A model generated the notes under the pieces. It saw nothing but the letters and a program-made list of their open reading frames with translations, had not been told where the DNA came from and made no database searches. Below are positions 10,302-20,366 of a stretch of DNA of 61,482 nucleotides, piece by piece. The position numbers were made by a program, and so were the translations under genes. This DNA comes from Candidatus Aenigmatarchaeota archaeon. Its GTDB lineage: Archaea; Aenigmatarchaeota; Aenigmatarchaeia; CG10238-14; SCSR01. The stretch's first letter is position 1; each line of letters begins with the position of its first letter. The stretch covers positions 1 through 61,482 of the forward strand of contig JABABT010000017.1 in NCBI GenBank assembly GCA_014238095.1. Reading direction: 5' to 3'.

Positions 10302-12809
10302 ATGTTAGATATAAATCCTATTAATTATAAGCTAAATTTTGAACCAAATTTTCAAAATTTCACATTTAAAGGAAAAGAAACAATTAAAGTAAATTTAAAA
10401 AAAAATGTGAAAAAAATAGTACTTAATTCAGCTGAATTAAAAATTAATGAATTATCTATAATTACAAAAAAAGGAGAAATTTCATCTAAATTCAAATTAA
10501 ATCCAAATAAAGAAGAATTATATATAGATTTTAATGATAAAATTTCTGGAGAAATTGAAATTAAAATTGATTTTGAAGGAATTCATAATGATAAAATGTC
10601 TGGTTTTTATAGAAGTTTACATAAATTTGATAATAAAATTTACAATATGGTAACAACTCAATTTGAAGCTGTTGATGCTAGAAGAGCATTTCCATGTTTT
10701 GATGAACCTAAAGCAAAAGCAACATTTGATATAGAATTATTAGTACCTACAGGTCTTCAAACTATTTCAAATATGCCAATAAAACAAAAGAAGAAGAAAA
10801 TAGGTAAAAATTTATTTATTTTTGATACAACTCCAATAATGTCAACATACCTTCTTTATTTAGGAGTTGGTGATTTTGATTATTTGGAAGATAATTTAAG
10901 AAAAACAAAAATGAGAGTTATTACACCAAAAGGTAAAAGAAATCAGGGAAAAATTGCATTAGATTTAGCAAAAAAATTCCTTAATTATTATGAAAATTAT
11001 TTCAAAATACCATTTCCACTTCCAAAAATAGATTTTATAGCTATACCTGATTTTGCATCTGGTGCAATGGAAAATTGGGGTGCAATAACATTTAGAGAAA
11101 TAGATTTACTTTTTGATGAAAAAAATTCTTCAAAAACAAATTTACATAGAATTGCTGAAGTAATTGCACATGAATTAGCACATCAATTGTTTGGTAACCT
11201 TGTAACAATGAAATGGTGGAATGATTTATGGTTGAATGAAAGTTTTGCAACATTTATGGCAACAAAAGCTGTAAATGATATATTTCCAGAATGGGAATTT
11301 GAAAATAATTTCATATTAGATTCAGTAAATTCTGGAATGAGATTAGATTCTTTAAAATCATCACATCCTATAAATGTCAAAGTAACAAATCCTTCAGAAG
11401 TTAATGAAATATTTGATGAAATTAGTTATGATAAAGGTGGAAGTATTTTAAGAATGTTAGAAGATTATATAGGAAAGGAAAATTTTAGAAATGGTTTGAA
11501 TATTTATTTAAATCGTCATAAATATGGAAATACCGAAACTAATGATTTATGGAAAAGTTTAACAGAAACATCTAAAAAACCAATAAAAGAAATAATGGAT
11601 ACTTGGATACAACAGGTTGGTTATCCTATTATTGAAACAAATTTAGAAGATTTAAAACTAACATTAAATCAAAAAAGATTTTTATCAATGGGTAATTCTT
11701 CAGGAAAAGAATCTTGGATGATTCCTTTATCAATAATAACTGAAGATAAATTTATATCAGATATTATGAAAACTAATAATTATAAATTAAATATTGATAA
11801 TAATACAAAATGGCTCAAAATAAATTTTGGCCAAAAAGGATTTTATAGAGTAAAATATGATAAAAAAAATATTGAAAAATTAAAAAATTTAATTGAAAAT
11901 AAACAAATAAATAACATAGATAGATGGGGTTTATGTTCTGATTTCTTCTCATTATCAATAGCAGGAGAATATGAATTAAAAGAATACTTAAATTTTATAG
12001 AATCATTTAGAAATGAAAAAGATTATCTTGTTCTTCTAGAATTAGGATCTAATTTATATTCAATTTTATTAAAAACATTTAATGAAAATTTTAGTGATAT
12101 AATAAAACAAGAAAATATTAAATTCTTTAGAAGAGTTCTTGATTATGTTGGATGGGATCCTATAAAAGAAGAGGAAATTTCTACAATTCCAATATTAAGA
12201 TCTCTATCAATAATTGTACTTGGGAAACTTGGAGATATGGAAGTAGTAAATGAAGCTAGAAGCAGATTTGATGAATATTTAAAAGATTCAAACACATTAA
12301 GACCAGATTTAAGAAATGCTGTATTTAGTTTAATTACATGGTATGGTAATGAAAAAACCCAAAAAATGTTTATAAATCTTTATAAAAATAGTGAATTAAG
12401 TGAAGAAAGAATAAGATATCTTTCAGCAATAAGTGGTTTTAAAGATAAAAAATTAATATTAAATTCACTTGATTTTAGTTTATCAAAATATGTAAGATCT
12501 CAGGATATTTTATTTGGTATAGCAAGGGTAGAATCAAATCCTTATGCAAAAGATTTAATATGGCCTTGGATGAAAAATAATTGGAAACTCATAAATATGA
12601 GGCTTGGGTCTTCTGTTTCTAATCTTGTAAAAAGAATAATTGGAACATTAGTTATAATAGATACTCTAAAAGAAGAAAAAGAAATTGAAGTTTTTTTCAA
12701 GAAAAATACTATTTCTGGAACTGAGATGGGAATAAAACAAACTCTTGAAAGAATTAAAATAGGACTTAATTTCTTAGATAGAATTAGAAAAGAATTTTCT
12801 CAATTATAA
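10302..12809 (+). CDS. M1 family aminopeptidase N (tricorn-interacting factor F2/F3-like)
   Basis: TQFEAVDARRAFPCFDEP, GAMENWG, HELAH..WWNDLWLNE zinc motif, ISYDKGG. Confidence 0.95.
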   Translation: MLDINPINYKLNFEPNFQNFTFKGKETIKVNLKKNVKKIVLNSAELKINELSIITKKGEISSKFKLNPNKEELYIDFNDKISGEIEIKIDFEGIHNDKMSGFYRSLHKFDNKIYNMVTTQFEAVDARRAFPCFDEPKAKATFDIELLVPTGLQTISNMPIKQKKKKIGKNLFIFDTTPIMSTYLLYLGVGDFDYLEDNLRKTKMRVITPKGKRNQGKIALDLAKKFLNYYENYFKIPFPLPKIDFIAIPDFASGAMENWGAITFREIDLLFDEKNSSKTNLHRIAEVIAHELAHQLFGNLVTMKWWNDLWLNESFATFMATKAVNDIFPEWEFENNFILDSVNSGMRLDSLKSSHPINVKVTNPSEVNEIFDEISYDKGGSILRMLEDYIGKENFRNGLNIYLNRHKYGNTETNDLWKSLTETSKKPIKEIMDTWIQQVGYPIIETNLEDLKLTLNQKRFLSMGNSSGKESWMIPLSIITEDKFISDIMKTNNYKLNIDNNTKWLKINFGQKGFYRVKYDKKNIEKLKNLIENKQINNIDRWGLCSDFFSLSIAGEYELKEYLNFIESFRNEKDYLVLLELGSNLYSILLKTFNENFSDIIKQENIKFFRRVLDYVGWDPIKEEEISTIPILRSLSIIVLGKLGDMEVVNEARSRFDEYLKDSNTLRPDLRNAVFSLITWYGNEKTQKMFINLYKNSELSEERIRYLSAISGFKDKKLILNSLDFSLSKYVRSQDILFGIARVESNPYAKDLIWPWMKNNWKLINMRLGSSVSNLVKRIIGTLVIIDTLKEEKEIEVFFKKNTISGTEMGIKQTLERIKIGLNFLDRIRKEFSQL

Positions 12810-12857
12810 ACTTAACAAATATTTACTATAACAACTAATTTATATATTATATTTATC

Positions 12858-12933
12858 GGGCTTGTAGCTCAGTTTGGATTAGAGCTACTCCGTCCTAAGG
12901 AGAAGGTCATGGGTTCGAATCCCATCAAGCCCT
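12858..12933 (+). tRNA. tRNA-Arg(CCT)
   Basis: Acceptor GGGCTTG/CAAGCCC, D stem GCTC/GAGC, anticodon loop GT-CCT-AA in CTCC/GGAG stem, T arm ATGGG-TTCGAAT-CCCAT; no encoded CCA. Confidence 0.9.
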
Positions 12934-12936
12934 CTT

Positions 12937-13674
12937 ATGTTAGAAACAATATTATTTGGAATAATACAAGGTATTTTTGAATGGATACCATTATCAAGTG
13001 AAGCTATAATTATTTTGAGTACTAGTATTATACAAATATCTTCATCTCCAATCGAAGCTGCCTTGATTTTACATTTTGGAACTATATTGTCGATTTTAGT
13101 TTATTTTAGAAAATATTGTATCAAAATAATAACATTAAAAGATAAAAAAATATTAAAATTTTTAACAATATCTACAATAATTTCTCTTTTAATTGGTTTT
13201 CCAATATTCCTTTTATTAAAAGATTTTACACTTGGTCCAAACTTATTGATTTTAATGGGAATTGCGCTTTTAGTAACAGGATATATACGTAAAAATAATA
13301 AGAACATACATATTAAGAGTAAATACCTTCCATTTATTTCTGGAATTCTTCAAGGTTTATCTATTATACCAGGATTATCAAGATCTAGTTCAACAATATT
13401 TGGTTTATCACTTGGAATGAAAGATCCAAAAAAAATTTTAACAATATCTTATATTATGTCTGTTCCTGTTGTTTTAGTATCTACAATTTACTTATCAATA
13501 AATAATTTATTATTATTCAAGAATTTCTTACCAGGTATAGGTATTGCTTTTATAATTGGATTAATTACTCTTCATATAATTTTTTCAATAATTAACAAAA
13601 TCGATTTTTTCAAATTCATAATTATTTTTGCAATTTTATCTTTTATAGGTGCTGGAATTACAATTATAATTTAA
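12937..13674 (+). CDS. uppP: Undecaprenyl-diphosphate phosphatase (BacA/UppP family)
   Basis: GIIQGIFEWIPLSSEA, LHFGT, QGLSIIPGLSRSSST motifs; multiple TM helices. Confidence 0.9.
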   Translation: MLETILFGIIQGIFEWIPLSSEAIIILSTSIIQISSSPIEAALILHFGTILSILVYFRKYCIKIITLKDKKILKFLTISTIISLLIGFPIFLLLKDFTLGPNLLILMGIALLVTGYIRKNNKNIHIKSKYLPFISGILQGLSIIPGLSRSSSTIFGLSLGMKDPKKILTISYIMSVPVVLVSTIYLSINNLLLFKNFLPGIGIAFIIGLITLHIIFSIINKIDFFKFIIIFAILSFIGAGITIII

Positions 13675-13679
13675 TATTT

Positions 13680-13750
13680 TCTCCCCATCAGACACAAGGT
13701 TGAAATCATCTTATATCATTCCGCCCTTCAATCTTCATATGGTTTAGAGA
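13680..13750 (-). ncRNA. C/D-box 2'-O-methylation guide sRNA with two 16S rRNA guides
   Basis: Minus strand: C box ATGAAGA (13738-13732), D' guide TTGAAGGGCGGA, D' ATGA, C' AAGATGA, D guide TTTCAACCTTGTGT, D box CTGA (13691-13688), terminal CCA/TGG and TCTC/GAGA pairing; GC-rich island in AT-rich spacer. Confidence 0.85.
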
Positions 13751-13817
13751 TAATTTTTAATAAAAATCATTATAACATAGTATTTTTATTAGAATTAACA
13801 ATAATTAAAGGTAGAAT

Positions 13818-16800
13818 ATGAATTCAAAACCAATAATTACATTTTTTTTATCATTCATTATATTAATATTAATATCTACATCAGTTAATGCTATAACTTC
13901 AAATAATAATAATTTTGAAATTACTTCTAGTAAAATTTATCTTAATTTTAGTAATAATTATAGTTCAAATTTAACAATAAAAACAATAACTTCTTCTGCT
14001 ATTGAAATAAAAATTAATAATTTTACAAATGAATCAAAAATAAGAAATATTTATGGTCAAATTAATAATGAAAATTTCTGTGGTTTTGGTGGTGGATTTG
14101 CTCCTATTATTAAAAATTATGTTAATAATGAATTTAATAATGAATTTATAATGAACGGTAATAATGAAACTATTGTAACATTTTTATTGACAAAAGAATA
14201 TTTAAATTGTTCACCAGGTAAATATTCTGGAAAAATAGAAATTCAAAATAATAATCTTGTATCTGATAATTTAGAAATATATATTGATGTTGAAATACCT
14301 ATTATAGTAGACAATATATTTTATAATTTTTCTGGTATTAGAAATTTTGGAGGTAATTTTTACCAAAATAATGAATCACATTCATATTTTTTTAATACAT
14401 CATTAATTGATAATAAATATTTAACAATTAATTTAGATTCTAATGAAAATATAGATATTTTTATTTTAGACAAGGATAAAAATTTAATATATTCATTTTT
14501 TAAAAATTTAATGGAAAAAAAAATTGTGAAAAATATTACAGATTTTTATGGACCTTATGAAATTCGAATATATGGAAATGTTTCATCAAATTATAATGGT
14601 ACATTATCATTATCAACATTAGATGTAATTGGTGAGGAAAAATTAATTAAAAATGATTTATCTCCATTATATTCAATATCTGAAAATATTGAAATAAAAA
14701 ATATTGGAAATATTACACAAAATAATTTAAAAGAATATTCAGAAATATTTAATATAAATATAACTGAAAATTTAAATGGTAACAATACTTTTGATTTATA
14801 CGTTCCTGATTATGCAAATAAAGTAGAAGTATTAGTTGAATGGGAAAAAGATGGAAATAAAACTTATATTTTAGAATTATTCAATTCTAATAATGAAATT
14901 ATTGGAAAATCTTTTGATAATCATTTAAATTCAAATAATTCAAATATTACCAATTTTACACAAATTATTGAAACAAATAATATAATTAACGGTTTATGGA
15001 AAATATATATAAATACACCAGATTTAAATCCAACAAATTTCATTTTAAAGAAAAAAATATTTTTTAATACAGATAATTGGATTTCAACTAATTTTACTCA
15101 AAGATCATTTAATGAAAATGAAAGTGAAATTATACAAATAAATTTAACTTTAATGGAAGCTTTATATGGAAATTATGAAGGTTTTTTAGGTTATGAAAGT
15201 TTTAATAATTCTGATATAATTATACCAATTAAATTTAATATAAATACAGGTACTATAATTTTAAATAATAAATTTAATTCATCTATTTTATTATTAAATG
15301 ATAATATTGGTAAAAATTTTGAAAGAGAAGTAAAAATACCTTTTAAAAATTTAGGAAATGAAATTTTAAATTATACAATAAAATCAAATAATATATTAAA
15401 ATTAGAAAATAGAAATGAATATATTAATTTTAGTTTAAATTCATTAAATGGAGTAATAAATCCATTTGAAGAAATTGAAATAGAATTAATTTTAAATGTA
15501 AATACTTTAAATACAAAAAATGAAAAAGGAATTTATAATAGTTTATTAGAAATTAATTTTACAGAATCTTATCCATATAAATTACATATATTAGAAATTC
15601 AATTAAATTTAACAGATAATATATTAATTAATTTTACTGAAATAATTTATAAAGATAATCAAAATTCAATATTAGATAATACAATAGAAAATTATGTTAC
15701 ATTAAATTTTGAATTAAAATATTATAATGGAACAACATATATTGAAGAAGAATATATTGGTATTGATGACTTTACATTAAAATTACAACATTCAAATATA
15801 ACAACTGAAAATATTAATATTATTTCTTCAAATATTAATAATATTTTATTTAATAATAATTTATATAAAATTAATTTAACTATTCCAAAAAATATTAAAG
15901 GTGGATATTATAATTTAGAATTAAATTTTGAAAATGATAAAATTTTATCTGGAAATAGAATTTATCAAAATCAAATTGAAAAAGAAATATTAAAAATAAA
16001 TAATTCTAGTATTTTATTATATTCTAATTTTTCATCATGTGAATATAATAATCCAAAATGTGATATATCATATGATTTAGGTTTAAATGAAAAACTTGAT
16101 GTTTATGCATTTGTTACAAATTATGGATTAATAAATTCTAATTTTCTAATTAGTTTTAATGAGAATAATTGTAATGGATATAGATTAAGAGAAAAAATAG
16201 AATCCAATTGTACAAGTAATAGTTTTAATTCTCCAATTTGGAATATAAATAATTTAGAACCTCAAAATACTTGTTATATATCATGGAGAATAGAATCAAT
16301 AACTAAATCTGATTCATGTTATTCAAATATAGATACTTTAAATAATATAATATTTTTTGAAAATGATTTAAAATTAAATATAAAAGTAATTAATTTTACT
16401 TCTTCTAATGATATACTTATTTCTGATAGTAATTCAATATCAAGTAGTCTAATATCAAGTAATCCAATATCAAATATAATAAAATATTTAGAAATTATTA
16501 ACTTACAACCTATAATTAAAATTAATAGTGGAAATGAAATTTTATCAAATTTTACAATAAAAAATCTTAATAATTCCATAATACAAAAAGTAAAAATAAA
16601 TATTTTATTTGGTAATGGTATTAATATATCAATTGTACCAAAAGAATATATAATAAATCCTCTATCTTCAAAAAATATTAATTTTAGAATATATATTGAT
16701 AATAATTTAGAATCTGGAATATATAATGGAAATATTATAGTAAATAGTTCATATCAAAAAATAAACTCTACATTAAAATTAGAAGTTTTTAATGATTATA

Positions 16801-17237
16801 ATAATGAAACAAATATTCAAAAATCTGTTAAAATTTTAACAAATAAAATATTAAATTTAGAAAATTCAACAAATAATTTAGTAAAAAATTTATTAAATAT
16901 AAAATTTAATAAATTCCAAATAATAGTTATAATTTTTATTCCTGTTTCTACAATATTATTATTTATATTAACCCCAATTGAAAAACTAAAAGAAATAAAA
17001 TATAAAATATATTCTATTTTTAATAAAAAATATATACGGAAAAATAAATTAGAATTTATTGAATATGGAAAATTTAATCATAAAATTAGTATAAATGAAA
17101 TTAAATATAAAATATTTCCAATTAAAAAGAAAATTTGTAAATTACATAAATTTAAAAAAAGAAAAAATAATTTAATTAAATATAAAATAAATTTTAAAAA
17201 TATTTTAAAATTTCATAAATATAAAAATAAAAAATAA
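13818..17237 (+). CDS. Large Asn/Ile-rich cell-surface (S-layer/adhesin-like) protein
   Basis: Signal peptide, many N-x-S/T sequons, beta-rich repeated segments, C-terminal TM helix and Lys-rich tail. Confidence 0.7.
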   Translation: MNSKPIITFFLSFIILILISTSVNAITSNNNNFEITSSKIYLNFSNNYSSNLTIKTITSSAIEIKINNFTNESKIRNIYGQINNENFCGFGGGFAPIIKNYVNNEFNNEFIMNGNNETIVTFLLTKEYLNCSPGKYSGKIEIQNNNLVSDNLEIYIDVEIPIIVDNIFYNFSGIRNFGGNFYQNNESHSYFFNTSLIDNKYLTINLDSNENIDIFILDKDKNLIYSFFKNLMEKKIVKNITDFYGPYEIRIYGNVSSNYNGTLSLSTLDVIGEEKLIKNDLSPLYSISENIEIKNIGNITQNNLKEYSEIFNINITENLNGNNTFDLYVPDYANKVEVLVEWEKDGNKTYILELFNSNNEIIGKSFDNHLNSNNSNITNFTQIIETNNIINGLWKIYINTPDLNPTNFILKKKIFFNTDNWISTNFTQRSFNENESEIIQINLTLMEALYGNYEGFLGYESFNNSDIIIPIKFNINTGTIILNNKFNSSILLLNDNIGKNFEREVKIPFKNLGNEILNYTIKSNNILKLENRNEYINFSLNSLNGVINPFEEIEIELILNVNTLNTKNEKGIYNSLLEINFTESYPYKLHILEIQLNLTDNILINFTEIIYKDNQNSILDNTIENYVTLNFELKYYNGTTYIEEEYIGIDDFTLKLQHSNITTENINIISSNINNILFNNNLYKINLTIPKNIKGGYYNLELNFENDKILSGNRIYQNQIEKEILKINNSSILLYSNFSSCEYNNPKCDISYDLGLNEKLDVYAFVTNYGLINSNFLISFNENNCNGYRLREKIESNCTSNSFNSPIWNINNLEPQNTCYISWRIESITKSDSCYSNIDTLNNIIFFENDLKLNIKVINFTSSNDILISDSNSISSSLISSNPISNIIKYLEIINLQPIIKINSGNEILSNFTIKNLNNSIIQKVKINILFGNGINISIVPKEYIINPLSSKNINFRIYIDNNLESGIYNGNIIVNSSYQKINSTLKLEVFNDYNNETNIQKSVKILTNKILNLENSTNNLVKNLLNIKFNKFQIIVIIFIPVSTILLFILTPIEKLKEIKYKIYSIFNKKYIRKNKLEFIEYGKFNHKISINEIKYKIFPIKKKICKLHKFKKRKNNLIKYKINFKNILKFHKYKNKK

Positions 17238-17244
17238 TTGAAAA

Positions 17245-17592
17245 TTATTTTCTACATAAACTACAACATTTTAATTTTTCTTTATCTGTTAAAATACTTT
17301 CATCTTTTAAAAATTTACATATATTTTGAATCTCAATAGGAGCATCACTTCCATTTGCTATATCTGATGCTGTTTTTTTTACAATATCCATAAGTTTTTC
17401 ATTTGTTTTCATTACATCTGTTTTATTACCTCTTATATTTCTTATATAATAAGAAATTGCTGGTTGTGTTACTCCAAGTTTTTTTGCTACTTCTATTTGA
17501 TTTAAATTATAATTATTAATCAATTCTTGTGTTATTAATGCTCTTATTGTAGGTAAGAAATCTGATATTATTATTTCACAAAATGTTTTCAT
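17245..17592 (-). CDS. HTH transcriptional regulator (archaeal COG2522-like)
   Basis: CEIIISDFLPTIRA start, LNQIEVAKKLGVTQPAISYY HTH, C-terminal Cys. Confidence 0.85.
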   Translation of the reverse strand: MKTFCEIIISDFLPTIRALITQELINNYNLNQIEVAKKLGVTQPAISYYIRNIRGNKTDVMKTNEKLMDIVKKTASDIANGSDAPIEIQNICKFLKDESILTDKEKLKCCSLCRK

Positions 17593-18016
17593 ATTATTTT
17601 ATTAATTATTTAAGTTTAAATATAAATATGTTATTAATTATATAAAAATTCTATTTATATATAATATTATTAACATAATAGAAATGGAAGTATAATATCT
17701 AGGTTTAAATATGTTTCAAAAAATAAATCAGAACCTAAAGAAAAAATAATTAATTATCATTTTATTAAGAATAATATTCCAAAATTAGCAATATCTATTC
17801 AAGGAGAAAATAAATTTAATTTATGTAAATGTTGGGAAAAGTCGATAATGAAATAAAGGTATTTATGATATATCAGTACCTAAATTTAAAAATTAAAATA
17901 ATTTACCTATAATAAAATGGGATAAAAATATTGTGAAAATAAAAAAAATATTGAAGATATTAATAAATATTTTACATATTAATTAGTTTTTATATTTTAA
18001 ATTTCATAATATTATA

Positions 18017-18568
18017 ATGATTAAAAATGATAAATGGATTAAGAAAATGGCAATTGAAAAGAAAATGATTAGTCCTTTTGAAAAAGAACAAATGAGAAAA
18101 AATGTTGTATCTTGGGGTGTTTCTTCATATGGTTATGATTTAAGAGTTTCAGATGAATTTAAAATTTTCACAAATATACATAATACAATTGTGGACCCAA
18201 AAAAATTTGATTCAAAATCATTTATAGATTTCAAAGGAGATGTATGTATAATACCTCCAAATTCTTTTGCACTTGCACGAAGTGTAGAATATTTTAAAAT
18301 TCCACGTAATGTTATGACAATATGTTTAGGTAAATCAACTTATGCTAGATGTGGAATAATTGTAAATGTGACACCATTTGAACCTGAATGGGAAGGATAT
18401 GTTACATTAGAAATATCAAACACAACTCCATTACCGGCAAAAATTTATTCAAATGAGGGACTTGCACAAGTTTTATTTTTTGAAGCTGATGAAGAGCCAG
18501 AAATATCTTATAAAGATAAAAAGGGTAAATATCAGTCTCAAACTGGAATTACAATTGCTAAAATTTGA
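18017..18568 (+). CDS. dcd: dCTP deaminase (bacterial-like)
   Basis: [47 protein letters not shown]. Confidence 0.95.
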   Translation: MIKNDKWIKKMAIEKKMISPFEKEQMRKNVVSWGVSSYGYDLRVSDEFKIFTNIHNTIVDPKKFDSKSFIDFKGDVCIIPPNSFALARSVEYFKIPRNVMTICLGKSTYARCGIIVNVTPFEPEWEGYVTLEISNTTPLPAKIYSNEGLAQVLFFEADEEPEISYKDKKGKYQSQTGITIAKI

Positions 18569-18628
18569 TTATATAATTCTTAATAAATATATATATATTT
18601 AATAATAAAATATCTAATTGAGATTATA

Positions 18629-20362
18629 ATGCAAAAAAATATAAGAAGTCCTATAATTGTAGTAATTGGTCATACAGATCATGGAAAAACAACACTTTTA
18701 GACAAAATAAGAGGAACAACTGTTACAGAAACAGAAGCTGGTAAAATCACACAACATACAGGTGCTAGTTATGTTCCAAGTAAAATTATAAAAAAAATTT
18801 CTGGACAATTATTAAATAAATTTAAAATTAAAATAGAAATTCCAGGATTGCTTTTTATTGATGTTCCAGGTCATAAAGCATTTTTTGGAATGAGAAAACG
18901 GGGTGGTTCAGTATCTGATCTTGCTATTTTAGTAGTGGACTCTAATAAAGGATTTCAAGAACAAACATATGAAAGTTTGAAGATATTGAAAGATTTCAAA
19001 ACACCTTTTATTGTTGTTATAACAAAAATTGATAGAATACGTGGATGGTATCCAATAAAAAATTCTTCTTTTTTAGAAAGTTTTAATAATCAAAAAGATG
19101 ATGTTAAAACAGAATTAGAAAAATCATTATATAATATTGTTTCACAATTATCAGAAAATGATATTGAAGCTGAAAGATATGATAGAATTACTGATTTTAA
19201 AAAACAAGTTGCTATTGTTCCTATATCTTCTAATACTGGTGAGGGTATATCAGATATTTTAATGGTTCTTTCTGGACTTGCTCAACAATTTCTGAAAGAT
19301 AAAATAAAAATTACAAAAGAAAATAAAGGTTCTGTATTAGAAGTGAAAAATTTCAAAGGATTAGGAACAACAATAGATGTTATTCTTTATAATGGAAAAA
19401 TAAAAAAAGGTTATTATACTATAATTGGTGGTATAGAGCCTATTGTTACAAAAATAAAAGCTATATTATCACCTAGAAAATTACAAGAACTTAGAAATGA
19501 AAAACAATTTGAATATGTTGACGAAATATATGCAGCAGCGGGTGTAAAAATATCTGCACCAAATTTAGAAAATGTTATTTCAGGTTCTCCAATAATATTT
19601 GTACCAAATGAAGAAGATATTGAAAAAGCCAAGAAAGAAATTCAAAAAGAGGTAGAATCAATAAAATTTGAGAAAGATTTTAATGGTGTTGTAATAAAAA
19701 CAGATACTCTTGGAAGTCTTGAAGCAATGATTAAAATATTGAATGATGAAAAAATACCTATTAAAAAGGCTAGTATTGGTGATGTTAACAAACAAGATGT
19801 AATTGAGGCTCATAATATAAATAATAAATCGAGAAGTGTTATTCTTGCATTTCATACAAATGTTTCAGAAGAAATTAAATTATTCTCAAAAGATATGAAA
19901 ATTAAATTATTTGAAAATAAAATAATATATAGATTACTTGAAAATTATCAAAAATGGATTGAAGAATTAAATAATAATATATTGAAAGAAAAACAAAATA
20001 TTGTTGTACATCCATGTGAAGTAAAAGTGTTGAAAGGTACTATATTTCGTCAATCTAATCCTGCTGTTTTTGGTGTAGAAATTTTAAGAGGTGTTATTAA
20101 ACCTGGTGTTGTTTTAGCACGTGATGGGAAAAGAATTGATCGTGTTAAAGGAATAGAAAAAGAAGGTAAAAATGTTTATGATGCTATCAGAGGAGATAAA
20201 GTTGCACTTAGTATGGAAAAAATAATTATAGGGAAACATTTAAATGAAGGAGATGTAATGAAAGCAATTATTTCTCCAAATAATATGAAAATATTAAAAG
20301 ATATTTATAATAGATTAAAAGAAGATGAAAAAGAATTATTAAAAGAGGATGAAAATTTTTAA
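18629..20362 (+). CDS. infB: Translation initiation factor aIF5B (IF-2)
   Basis: RSPIIVVIGHTDHGKTTLLD, EAGKITQHTGA, DTLGSLEA, FRQSNPAVFGV. Confidence 0.95.
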   Translation: MQKNIRSPIIVVIGHTDHGKTTLLDKIRGTTVTETEAGKITQHTGASYVPSKIIKKISGQLLNKFKIKIEIPGLLFIDVPGHKAFFGMRKRGGSVSDLAILVVDSNKGFQEQTYESLKILKDFKTPFIVVITKIDRIRGWYPIKNSSFLESFNNQKDDVKTELEKSLYNIVSQLSENDIEAERYDRITDFKKQVAIVPISSNTGEGISDILMVLSGLAQQFLKDKIKITKENKGSVLEVKNFKGLGTTIDVILYNGKIKKGYYTIIGGIEPIVTKIKAILSPRKLQELRNEKQFEYVDEIYAAAGVKISAPNLENVISGSPIIFVPNEEDIEKAKKEIQKEVESIKFEKDFNGVVIKTDTLGSLEAMIKILNDEKIPIKKASIGDVNKQDVIEAHNINNKSRSVILAFHTNVSEEIKLFSKDMKIKLFENKIIYRLLENYQKWIEELNNNILKEKQNIVVHPCEVKVLKGTIFRQSNPAVFGVEILRGVIKPGVVLARDGKRIDRVKGIEKEGKNVYDAIRGDKVALSMEKIIIGKHLNEGDVMKAIISPNNMKILKDIYNRLKEDEKELLKEDENF

Positions 20363-20366
20363 TTAT

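Noticed and set aside
12858..18568. Integrated element at tRNA-Arg
   Set aside because: No integrase, no duplicated tRNA 3' end (att site) and no viral or plasmid hallmark genes
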